Positions 9,322 to 18,186 of a stretch of 64,000 nucleotides of DNA are shown here, one piece after another. Within the stretch, counting starts at the first letter, position 1, and every line of letters begins with the position of its first letter. The position numbers were made by a program, and so were the translations under genes. Under the pieces are notes generated by a model. That model was not told the DNA's origin and ran no database searches. It saw nothing but the letters and a program-made list of their open reading frames with translations. The DNA comes from Christiangramia sp. (GTDB lineage Bacteria > Bacteroidota > Bacteroidia > Flavobacteriales > Flavobacteriaceae), in assembly GCA_041580575.1 (NCBI GenBank), contig JBFGDP010000001.1, positions 1,468 to 65,467 on the forward strand. The letters are read 5' to 3'.

Positions 9322-9819
9322 ATGCGCAATAAGATCTTAATGTATCTATTTATTTTCTCTTTACTCTTTACTATTTTCATTTATGTCAATGATAAAAGGA
9401 TACTGGATTCAAAACAAGATAAGATAGAAAGCCTGGAAGCAAAATTGCAGGATGTGGAATCCAATCTCAAAAATTCTGAAGAAAATTCGGAGGTTGAAAG
9501 TTATTTTAATTTAAAAGATAATGATGATGCCATCAATTATTTTGAAGAGAGGGATATAGAAACCGCAGATCTAATTCTTAAAATTGAAGATGCTATTATT
9601 AGTAAAAACTCTTCAGATGCAGATAATCCCCTGGTGCCTCAGGCCGGGATGGAAGGAAATATGCGTATTAACAAGATTCAGGTTTTGAATCATAAATGGG
9701 TTATTGCAGATTTCACCGACGGTACCTATTGGGGAGAAGTCTTTCTAACCTACGAGGTTTCAGAGAACGGAGAGATCACTTTTTACCCTGAAAGATCGTT
9801 TCTTTACCCGATAAATTAG
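9322..9819 (+). CDS. Conserved hypothetical membrane-anchored protein
   Basis: ATG at 9322 just after the upstream stop; N-terminal TM helix, coiled coil, NPLV and LNHKWVIADFTDG..WGE. Confidence 0.75.
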   Translation: MRNKILMYLFIFSLLFTIFIYVNDKRILDSKQDKIESLEAKLQDVESNLKNSEENSEVESYFNLKDNDDAINYFEERDIETADLILKIEDAIISKNSSDADNPLVPQAGMEGNMRINKIQVLNHKWVIADFTDGTYWGEVFLTYEVSENGEITFYPERSFLYPIN

Positions 9820-10472
9820 ATCCTCTTTTTCAACCAATCATTCAATTCATGGAAATTTTGAGGTGCTACTCCGTGACCTACAGGAAATTCTGAATACGAA
9901 TTTTTGACTCCAAGAGAATCCAGGAAGGGTTTGGTTTTCCTGGCCCATTCTACAGGGATTACCTGGTCCACACTTCCGTGGGAACAATAAAATTCAAGAT
10001 TGGAAAGATCCCGGGATTTAAAATCATCCTTTATGATTCCCTGATTGATGTAACCGCTTAAAGCTACCACGTTATTGACCTTTTCCGGGTAAGATAGGGC
10101 CACGGCATAGCTTAAAATACTTCCCTGGCTAAATCCTAGTAAATTGATATTCTCAGGATCTACGGGATACTTTTCGATCACCTCATCTATAAAATCCCGG
10201 ATAGTTTCCCTGGATTTTATGGCCTGCAGGTCATCGCTGAATTTCCCATTAGTGTCATCCCAATGTATCGCATACCAGGCATTTCCATAGGGTTGCATTC
10301 TGTAGGGAGCTTTTACTGAAATAATAAAAAGCTCATCTGGTAATTCATTTGCAAAAGAAAAAAGATCATTTTCATCGCTGCCGTATCCGTGCAGCAAAAT
10401 TAAAACTGGAGATTTGGCAGCTTTTTGTTTAGGCTCCCGTATTATATGTTGTAAAGAAAATTCTGTTGTCAT
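9816..10472 (-). CDS. Alpha/beta hydrolase (phospholipase/carboxylesterase)
   Basis: LLHGYGSDE, GFSQG nucleophile elbow, HGSVDQVIP, GHGV. Confidence 0.92.
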   Translation of the reverse strand: MTTEFSLQHIIREPKQKAAKSPVLILLHGYGSDENDLFSFANELPDELFIISVKAPYRMQPYGNAWYAIHWDDTNGKFSDDLQAIKSRETIRDFIDEVIEKYPVDPENINLLGFSQGSILSYAVALSYPEKVNNVVALSGYINQGIIKDDFKSRDLSNLEFYCSHGSVDQVIPVEWARKTKPFLDSLGVKNSYSEFPVGHGVAPQNFHELNDWLKKRI

Positions 10473-10795
10473 TATGAAATTGTGCTAAACCATTTTTGAA
10501 ATAAGGGACCTAAAACCGGAATTTCTTGCTCTTCACCTTTAATAGCCATTAATAATCCATAACCCCAGAGTACAAAATAGACTATATAAAAAGGCCAGAT
10601 GATAAATACCTGATCGAATAAGCCCATTAAAGCGCCTAAAAGATATAATGTAATATGCATGCCAAAAGCCTGCCTTATATGAAAGCTGGCAAGACGATCT
10701 TTTGGTTCCAGGTTCATAAAATATGCGATGATGGTGCCAATTATTGTAATGTAAGCAACCACGGCGGTAGTTTTTGCCTGTCCGGTAGTTTCCAT
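10472..10795 (-). CDS. Small 3-TM membrane protein (DUF4870/Tic20-like)
   Basis: AYITIIG.IIA, FHIRQA, G....IP.LG pattern. Confidence 0.7.
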   Translation of the reverse strand: METTGQAKTTAVVAYITIIGTIIAYFMNLEPKDRLASFHIRQAFGMHITLYLLGALMGLFDQVFIIWPFYIVYFVLWGYGLLMAIKGEEQEIPVLGPLFQKWFSTIS

Positions 10796-10803
10796 GATTT
10801 CTG

Positions 10804-12054
10804 TTATTTACTTATAAAACCATTCCTGGTAATTACTCCAAAGGCTTTACCTTTTAGTTCTTTATTTAAGAAAATACTGTTTCTAGAAGTTGAAATTATA
10901 TCTTCCTCAGTAAATTTAAAGGATTCCCCGGGGATGAATAAACTCAGATCTGCCGGTTCACCTTCTTTAATTTCATAATCGCTGATATTAAAGCGTTTTT
11001 TTCCGGCGGTTAAAAATTTTATTACGTCTCCTTTTTCAAATAGGCTGCTTAAAGCGCCAAAAGCAGATTCCAGGCCAATACTGCCATATAATGCATTATC
11101 AAATTCTACTTTTTTGTGTTCTACATCTATGGGGTTATGATCGCTGGTAACCATATCTATTGTTCCATCGAGTAGGCCTTTTATAAGGGCTTTAGAATCT
11201 TTTTTTGTTCTCAATGGTGGTAAAACCTTTGTATTTGAATCGAAAGACTTCAGTTCTTCGTCTGTCAAAGCAAGGTTGTGTACAGCTACGCTACAACTAA
11301 CATCCAGACCTTTTTTCTTAGCCTCTTTAATTAATTGAACCGATTTCTCGGTAGAGATCGTGGGAATATGCAGTTTTCCACCCGTATATTCCAACAGGTA
11401 TAGATCTCTGGTTATTTGCAGTTCTTCAGCCAGGTTGGGAATGCCTTTTAATCCGAGAGAAGTACTATTTTCATGTTCATTCACCATACCGTTCCCGGCG
11501 ATCCTGTTTTCCTGAGGATAACTTTGAATTAAGGCATTGAAGTTTTGAGCATATTGCAAAGCGATCTTCAAAAGGTTCGGGTTTCGCAGTGGTAATTTAT
11601 AATCTCCAAAAGCGACGGCTCCGGCTTCCTGCATATCGAGTAATTCGGCCAGGTTCACACCTTCACTTTTTACCGTAAGAGAACCTATTGGATAAAGGTT
11701 GACCGGGTGATGAATTGCTTTCGATTTAACTGCTGCTATACTGCCACTATGGTCTAAAACAGGATTGGTATAAGGATTCAGTGCGACTGCTGTAAAACCA
11801 GATTTACCGGCTGTATCCAATCCATGTGAAATCGTTTCCCTGTCTTCAAAACCTGGTTCACCAAAACTTACACTACTGTCAAACCAACCCCGGGAAACGT
11901 GTAGGTTATCCAAGTTTATTTCCTTAGCTGTATCCTGTTTTAAGTTTTTTCCGATCTTTTTTATTACCCCTTTTTCAATATATATATCAAGTTTTTTATG
12001 ATGGTAAGAGGATTTTTCATCCAGAATGGTAACCGATTTTAGAAGTAGCTTCAT
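10804..12054 (-). CDS. pyrC: Dihydroorotase-family protein with degenerate metal ligands (PyrC'-like)
   Basis: EPGFEDRET, PYTNPVLD, KVLPPLR, SDHNP, IGLE; the D.H.H motif reads DSSVS. Confidence 0.75.
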   Translation of the reverse strand: MKLLLKSVTILDEKSSYHHKKLDIYIEKGVIKKIGKNLKQDTAKEINLDNLHVSRGWFDSSVSFGEPGFEDRETISHGLDTAGKSGFTAVALNPYTNPVLDHSGSIAAVKSKAIHHPVNLYPIGSLTVKSEGVNLAELLDMQEAGAVAFGDYKLPLRNPNLLKIALQYAQNFNALIQSYPQENRIAGNGMVNEHENSTSLGLKGIPNLAEELQITRDLYLLEYTGGKLHIPTISTEKSVQLIKEAKKKGLDVSCSVAVHNLALTDEELKSFDSNTKVLPPLRTKKDSKALIKGLLDGTIDMVTSDHNPIDVEHKKVEFDNALYGSIGLESAFGALSSLFEKGDVIKFLTAGKKRFNISDYEIKEGEPADLSLFIPGESFKFTEEDIISTSRNSIFLNKELKGKAFGVITRNGFISK

Positions 12055-13970
12055 TTAAGGAATTTTATTAATAACATTTCTATGCCTAGAAATATCAGGG
12101 CAAAAATAACAAACCATTTCCAAAGAGCAGTAATTTGAGTAGCTGCATTTGAATCCTTGAAATATTCGGCCACAGAATCGTAAGAATCTACTCCGTCATA
12201 ATTGGAAATTTCAATATAATTCAAATCACTTTCTGCCCTCGGATAATTGAAACTGATATTAGAATGGATTTTATTATTAGATATCACCGTATAATTCCCA
12301 GCCTCAAGATCAAGATTGGAGATATTGATCTCTACCCGGTTATTGAAGTTTTGTTGTAATGGAATTACATCTATTTCGGTTTTCACCAGGTGAAGTACTT
12401 CTTCATTATTAAGATCGGATGTAATATCTATTAAATTTTCCGATTGAGTAGTGTAGTATAGTTCATTTGGTTTTAAGGCCTTTAAACCTATTTGATAAAA
12501 GACCGGTACTATTAAAGGCGAATTCCTGAAATTGGAATTCCTTTCATTTAAAGCAGCGGTAAACAGGAAAACCGAATTTGATTCTGCTAGGAATGGTTTG
12601 CCATCCTGGTATTGAAGAATAACATTCGAAGAAGTAAGATCATAGGATTGTAGTACTTTAGGATATTCAAAATTTTGAATCCTTTCTTCAAATACATCTT
12701 CCAGGAGGGGGTGATCAAAGGAAATATCGGTAATTAATCTTTCTGAATCTACTTTCCTACTGTAAGGATTAAAGCCAGCACTAATTAATAGCTGTTCATA
12801 CCCCTGAGCTTCGGTAGAAGGGATTATGATCACCGAAGCACCGTTCTCCCTTATGGTTGCAATATTATTGACCAGGGAATTGGGTAACTTATCTATCTCA
12901 TTAAGAACGACCAGGTTTGCTGAGTTTAAACTATTAAAATCAATCTGATCTGGTTTAAAATGCGCGATCTCAAATTCTGGCATACTAAAAATCCTTTCCA
13001 GGAAATTAGGCTGGTCCTTAGAGATTGTAACAACCTTCACGGGAGTTTTCTCATTTATATTAAAATATAAATCATTGTCATATTTCAGCCCGTTGTCCTC
13101 CAGGGAAATCCGGCCATTAGCGATCAAAGTGTTTTGTAGTCTAAAATTGATCTCTGCTTCTCTGCTTTTGCTGAATTCTACAGTATTTCGGCCTAACAGT
13201 TTATCCCCATCATATACCGAGACACTCACAGGGTTTTCCAGGTTTATATTAGTGCTCATTTTGATATGAAGGCTAATGCTCTCCGGGCTGGATTTAGAAA
13301 TAAAGGCCGTATCTATGGAAGTATTTTTAACCTCTGCCGGCCTTTGCAGAACAAAATTCCAATTAAAAAGATCCTTGTTTATATCTGAAGGAATAGCAAG
13401 AGAGCCCTGAAAGTCTGAAATTAAAATAAGGTCTTTCTGCTGATTGGGAAAGTCTTTAAAGTATTTTCCGGCCTTAAGTGTTATATCTCTTACGGTTAAC
13501 TGAGAATTGCTGTATTCTATATTTTGAATGTCACTTTTAAGCTCAGTTGTTGAGCGGTTAAAATATTGTTTGGTATTTGTAAACAATGAATATTTTCCTT
13601 CTCCATCTAAGTTTGTGATTAGCTGGTCTATCGCATCCTGCAAGGCGCTGGACTGTTCACTACCGGCTTGCATACTAAATGAATTATCCAGGTAGATGAG
13701 TGTTTCAGCTTCAGCTAGTGCTTTATCACTTGCCGGGATAAATGGCTTCGCAAAAGCAAGAATAAGGCAACTAAGTGTAAATAATCGTGTGAGCAGAATG
13801 AGGAATTTTTTTAAGCGTGAGCTTTTCCTGGTTTCCTGAATAACTTTCTTTAAGAATTTTACATTCGTAAAGTCCTCTTTTTGAAATTTTCGTAATCTGA
13901 ATAAATGGACGATCAGCGGAATGAGAAGAAAAATAAGGGCATACAGTAATTCCGGCTGTTGAAAATGCAT
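12051..13970 (-). CDS. BatA N-terminal double-TM domain / vWA-like protein
   Basis: MHFQQP..L..L.FL.IP.IVHLF, LAFAKP, LDNSFSM (MIDAS-like), ISDFQ, C-terminal LWKW TM. Confidence 0.85.
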   Translation of the reverse strand: MHFQQPELLYALIFLLIPLIVHLFRLRKFQKEDFTNVKFLKKVIQETRKSSRLKKFLILLTRLFTLSCLILAFAKPFIPASDKALAEAETLIYLDNSFSMQAGSEQSSALQDAIDQLITNLDGEGKYSLFTNTKQYFNRSTTELKSDIQNIEYSNSQLTVRDITLKAGKYFKDFPNQQKDLILISDFQGSLAIPSDINKDLFNWNFVLQRPAEVKNTSIDTAFISKSSPESISLHIKMSTNINLENPVSVSVYDGDKLLGRNTVEFSKSREAEINFRLQNTLIANGRISLEDNGLKYDNDLYFNINEKTPVKVVTISKDQPNFLERIFSMPEFEIAHFKPDQIDFNSLNSANLVVLNEIDKLPNSLVNNIATIRENGASVIIIPSTEAQGYEQLLISAGFNPYSRKVDSERLITDISFDHPLLEDVFEERIQNFEYPKVLQSYDLTSSNVILQYQDGKPFLAESNSVFLFTAALNERNSNFRNSPLIVPVFYQIGLKALKPNELYYTTQSENLIDITSDLNNEEVLHLVKTEIDVIPLQQNFNNRVEINISNLDLEAGNYTVISNNKIHSNISFNYPRAESDLNYIEISNYDGVDSYDSVAEYFKDSNAATQITALWKWFVIFALIFLGIEMLLIKFLK

Positions 13971-14019
13971 AAAAAGGAATAAGGTTATTCAAATATAGAA
14001 AACGAATTTCTAAAAAGGA

Positions 14020-15231
14020 CTATAGCCTTTTTATCTGGAATTTAAAATTACTGCCTTCGCCAATTTCAGATTCCAGTGATATGGAGCCATTCATAGATTC
14101 CACTAATTTCTTTACGGTTGCGAGGCCAATTCCACTTCCCAAAGAGCCTTCACGGTCTACCGTATCCAGGGTAGTAAAAATATTGAAGATCTCCTCATAT
14201 TTATCTTTCGGGATCCCCTTACCATTATCTTTAACTTCAAAAATGTAAAATTCCTCGTTTTTTGAGAAAGTGATCTTTACTTTCCTGATGTCTTTATCAT
14301 TATATTTCAGAGCATTGCTAATTAGGTTCATAAAGACCTGAGTTAGGGCAGCTTTGTTCACATTATGAAGCATGATGTCATCTGGATACGAGATCTCGAT
14401 GTCATCAGAAACCTGGTAAAGGTCTATTATACCTTTCAGTAATTTTCGAAGATCAACATTGGTGTAATCCTTTTCCATTACATGGTCACTTCTGTAGAAA
14501 CTAAGGATCCCATCTATATAGTTACGTAAGGAATAAGAAGACTCCACCAGAAATTTCAGATACTGTTCTGTTTCTTCATCAAATTTACCCTCATTTTCAT
14601 CTTTCAATAGTTCGCTGAGAGAAATAATATTTGCCAGAGGAGATTTAAGATCATGGGAAACCAGACTGGCAAATCTTTCCAGTTCCTGGTATTTTTCCTT
14701 CAATTTAGACTGAACGTGGAAGAGCTTCAATTTCTGTTTTCGAAATTCAAAGAGGTTCATGGTTTGATTAGCCAATGCAAAAAGACCCTTTAGCTGGTCA
14801 TTAGTGAGATCTTTCTCTTTAGTATCCAGAACGCAGAAAACAGCAATAGCATGTCCTTGTGGATTATGCAGCGGGATACCGGCATAGAAAGAAAACTCCC
14901 GGTCATATATCCCTTTAGCGGCCTCAAAAATTTCAGGATGGGTACTCCTTTTTAAAATAGATACAGGTTCATCACCGTGAATCGCCCAGTCACAGAAGGA
15001 GTTCTTACGGGAAATCTCTTCAATTTCAGCTCCAAAAACGGCTTTATTCCAAATACGCTTATTATCTACAATGCTAATTTTTGCAACGGGTGAATTGGAA
15101 ATAGAGGCAGCAAGGAACGTAAGATTGTCATAATCTTCGTCTGGTCCCGTATTTAAAATGTTGTATTCCTTCAATGCTCTTCGCCGTAGCTTTTCATTGA
15201 AAGGGATTAGGTTATTTTGCATTTGCCCCAA
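14020..15231 (-). CDS. GAF-domain sensor histidine kinase (soluble)
   Basis: GAF (FYAGIPL..PQG), H-box SHDLKSPL, N-box NLISNALKY, DNGKGI, GSGIGL. Confidence 0.92.
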   Translation of the reverse strand: MGQMQNNLIPFNEKLRRRALKEYNILNTGPDEDYDNLTFLAASISNSPVAKISIVDNKRIWNKAVFGAEIEEISRKNSFCDWAIHGDEPVSILKRSTHPEIFEAAKGIYDREFSFYAGIPLHNPQGHAIAVFCVLDTKEKDLTNDQLKGLFALANQTMNLFEFRKQKLKLFHVQSKLKEKYQELERFASLVSHDLKSPLANIISLSELLKDENEGKFDEETEQYLKFLVESSYSLRNYIDGILSFYRSDHVMEKDYTNVDLRKLLKGIIDLYQVSDDIEISYPDDIMLHNVNKAALTQVFMNLISNALKYNDKDIRKVKITFSKNEEFYIFEVKDNGKGIPKDKYEEIFNIFTTLDTVDREGSLGSGIGLATVKKLVESMNGSISLESEIGEGSNFKFQIKRL

Positions 15232-15285
15232 TAAAATATTGATTTAAAGTTATTTAAAAAAAACAACTTTTACGCAATAATTAGA

Positions 15286-16503
15286 TTATTCGAGAACTTT
15301 CAGGCGTTTTATGCTGAATTCGAAGACCGTACCTTCATTCTCTGTTGAATTTAATTTAATGGTTCCACCCAGGCTTTCAACAATCTTTTTCACCGTAGAA
15401 AGGCCTATTCCGTGACCTTTCTTGCCACGACGATCCTTTTCTGCGACTGTTGTGAAAAGCTCAAAGATGCTGTTTTGTTTTTCGAGGGGAATGCCGATTC
15501 CATTGTCACTTACCTTAAAATTGAAATACTCACGGTTCTCAGTGCAATCTATTTCTATTATGATCTTTTCGCGACTATTATATTTTAAACTATTACTAAT
15601 TAGGTTCATAAAGATCTGGCCTATCGCGGCAGAATTACCATAGATCTTCAGGTTATTATCTGGCATGTTGATCTCACAGTTTTCTGCGATCTGTAACAGG
15701 TCTATAATATCTTCCAGAAGATCGTTAAGGAAAAATTCTTCTACTTTGCCTGCCTGAGCGTCATTGTTAGAGTAGTGGTCCAATAAACCGTTTATGTATT
15801 CACTAAGAGTAAGGCCAGATTGTTTCAGATAATTAATATAATCCAGGCCTTCTTTATCCAGGATATCTGAATATTTCACCTTCAGGATATCTGCGGTAAT
15901 GATCATATTGGCCAGTGGCATTTTTAGATCGTGGGAAACCGTACTGGCGAATTCCTTCAAAATTCGGTTGTTTTCGTTCAGCTCGATCTTCATTTCCTCC
16001 AGGATCTGATTCTGTCGTCTGGCTTCCAGCAACAATTCTACCTGTTTACCAAGAGATTTTAAAGCATCTTTTTGTTTGCTATCCAGATGATTTTCTTTAG
16101 AATCGTATACACAGAGGGTGCCTAGGGAAAGCCCCTGGGTATCCAGGAGAGGCACACCGGCATAATATATAATGGGGTTATCTCCAACCACAAACGGATT
16201 ATCTTTAAACCTGTCATCCTGGGTAGCATTGGGAACCTCCAGAAGTTTTCCGGGTTCGAGGATGGTATGCCCGCAAAAAGAAACCTCGCGCTTAGAACCG
16301 GTCAAATCTGTGCCGTACTTTGATTTAAACCAGTTCTCGTCTGAATCTATCATATTCACTACCGCAATGGGCGTCTGGCAAATATAGCTCGCCAGTTCTG
16401 TAATAGTATCATATGCCTGCTCTGGCAGGGAATGTAAGATATCTAATTGACGGAGAGATTTGAGTCTTTCTATTTCATTCTCTGGAATCGCGGGGCTTAT
16501 CAT
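15286..16503 (-). CDS. GAF-domain sensor histidine kinase (soluble)
   Basis: ENEIERL..L..LDIL, SFCGHTI, D.RF.DNP.V, YAGVPL, SHDLKMPL, DNGIGI, GHGIGL. Confidence 0.92.
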   Translation of the reverse strand: MISPAIPENEIERLKSLRQLDILHSLPEQAYDTITELASYICQTPIAVVNMIDSDENWFKSKYGTDLTGSKREVSFCGHTILEPGKLLEVPNATQDDRFKDNPFVVGDNPIIYYAGVPLLDTQGLSLGTLCVYDSKENHLDSKQKDALKSLGKQVELLLEARRQNQILEEMKIELNENNRILKEFASTVSHDLKMPLANMIITADILKVKYSDILDKEGLDYINYLKQSGLTLSEYINGLLDHYSNNDAQAGKVEEFFLNDLLEDIIDLLQIAENCEINMPDNNLKIYGNSAAIGQIFMNLISNSLKYNSREKIIIEIDCTENREYFNFKVSDNGIGIPLEKQNSIFELFTTVAEKDRRGKKGHGIGLSTVKKIVESLGGTIKLNSTENEGTVFEFSIKRLKVLE

Positions 16504-16553
16504 TGACAAATATTTCAGATTGTTAAATAAATCAAAAAAAAGGAGAATAGCAA

Positions 16554-17333
16554 CTAGCCAAAGTTACCCTTTTCAAATACACCAAGTCCGAACAAAGCGA
16601 AATCATATTTTACAGGATCCCGGGGATCCATGGCTCTAAGATTACTATCCAGCTGGGCAACAGCTTTGGCGTCATTGGCATTTCTGTCTAAAAGACCTAA
16701 TTGGCGTGCGATGTTTCCAGAATGAACATCCAGAGGACAGGAAAGCTGCGCAGGGGATAAGCTCTTCCACAGGCCGAAATCCACCCCGTTTTGATCATTT
16801 CTTACCATCCACCTCAGGAACATATTAATTCGTTTGGCTGCTGAATTTCTCAGGGGATCACTAACATGCTTTTCTGTTCTTTTCTGGTGCGGCAATTCAA
16901 AAAATATAGTTTTAAATTTATGAATTGCCGGTTGCAGTCCATCAGGATCTGCATTCCGGGTAAATATCCCTTCCAGGCCACCGTATTCAACATAAATGTT
17001 TTTCAGAGCCTTGATGAAAAATATAAGATCTATGGAGTTAAATGTACGATGTACAAAACTATCCAGTTGATTAAGATCATTTTCTTCATGATTCATCACA
17101 AATTCATAAGGACTACGATCCATAAGGTCCATCAACTTTTCTGCATTTTTAAGGATACTTTTCCTGTTACCCCAGGCAATCGTTGCAGTTAAAAAACCTG
17201 CAATTTCAATATCTTCTTTTTTACTGAACAGGTGTGGTATTTTAACGGGGTCAGTTTCAATGAATATAGGGGTATTATATTGTGTAACCTTAACGTCTAA
17301 GAAATCTTTTAATTCTGATGGGGATAATTTCAT
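16554..17333 (-). CDS. TIGR02757 family protein (DUF2400)
   Basis: DPVKIPH, AWGNR, SAAKRINMFLRWMVR, PLDVH, DPVKYDFALFG. Confidence 0.9.
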   Translation of the reverse strand: MKLSPSELKDFLDVKVTQYNTPIFIETDPVKIPHLFSKKEDIEIAGFLTATIAWGNRKSILKNAEKLMDLMDRSPYEFVMNHEENDLNQLDSFVHRTFNSIDLIFFIKALKNIYVEYGGLEGIFTRNADPDGLQPAIHKFKTIFFELPHQKRTEKHVSDPLRNSAAKRINMFLRWMVRNDQNGVDFGLWKSLSPAQLSCPLDVHSGNIARQLGLLDRNANDAKAVAQLDSNLRAMDPRDPVKYDFALFGLGVFEKGNFG

Positions 17334-17490
17334 ATTCCGGTTATGCCTTTTTGGGAGTGTAAAGATATAGTTTCTGCATCAGGACCAGGCCTTAAACAAA
17401 TGACAATTCCCTAGTATGGTGTAATTCTGCAACCCGTTTATGATATCTATTTTGCGTATATTTAATTGATAATGAACATGATGACTTGTA

Positions 17491-18186
17491 ATGAAAAATC
17501 TTTTTTTCATAGCATTGACTTTTCTCTGTTTTATAATCGTATCGATGAAGCAGGATAAATTTGAGGATAAACGCCTTAAAATGGTGGAGCATCAAATTGC
17601 CAATCGTGGTGTAACAGATATTAATACCTTAAAGGCTTTGCGTAAGGTAAAGCGACATCGCCTGGTTCCGGAGGCGCAAATAGTTCACGCCTATGAAGAC
17701 AGACCTTTACCCATTGGTCATGGACAAACGATCTCGCAACCGTATATAGTTGGCTTTATGACGCAGGCTATTCAGCCCCGTTCAGGGATGAAAGTACTGG
17801 AAATAGGGACAGGCTCAGGATATCAGGCCGCAGTGCTTGCAGAAATTATAGATGAAGTATATACCATAGAAATCATCCAGCCCTTATATACAACTGCAAA
17901 ATTGAATCTTGATAAATTAGGTTATAGTAATATCCATCTGAAATATGGAGATGGATATAACGGTTGGGAAGAACACGCTCCTTACGATGCTATTGTAGTT
18001 ACTGCTGCGGCAGAATTCATTCCTCCTCCCTTAATTGAACAACTAAAAGACGGTGGTAAAATGGTAATACCAGTAGGAGCACCTTTTACAGCTCAGCATT
18101 TAATGTTGGTTGAGAAGAAGAAGGATGGGAAGTGGAAAACAAAAAACTTGCTACCGGTGCGCTTTGTACCTTTTACCCGAAGCTAA
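17491..18186 (+). CDS. pcm: Protein-L-isoaspartate(D-aspartate) O-methyltransferase with N-terminal signal/TM segment
   Basis: AYEDRPLPIGHGQTISQPYIV, VLEIGTGSGYQAAVLA, GDGYNGW...APYDAIVVTAA, VRFVP. Confidence 0.95.
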   Translation: MKNLFFIALTFLCFIIVSMKQDKFEDKRLKMVEHQIANRGVTDINTLKALRKVKRHRLVPEAQIVHAYEDRPLPIGHGQTISQPYIVGFMTQAIQPRSGMKVLEIGTGSGYQAAVLAEIIDEVYTIEIIQPLYTTAKLNLDKLGYSNIHLKYGDGYNGWEEHAPYDAIVVTAAAEFIPPPLIEQLKDGGKMVIPVGAPFTAQHLMLVEKKKDGKWKTKNLLPVRFVPFTRS

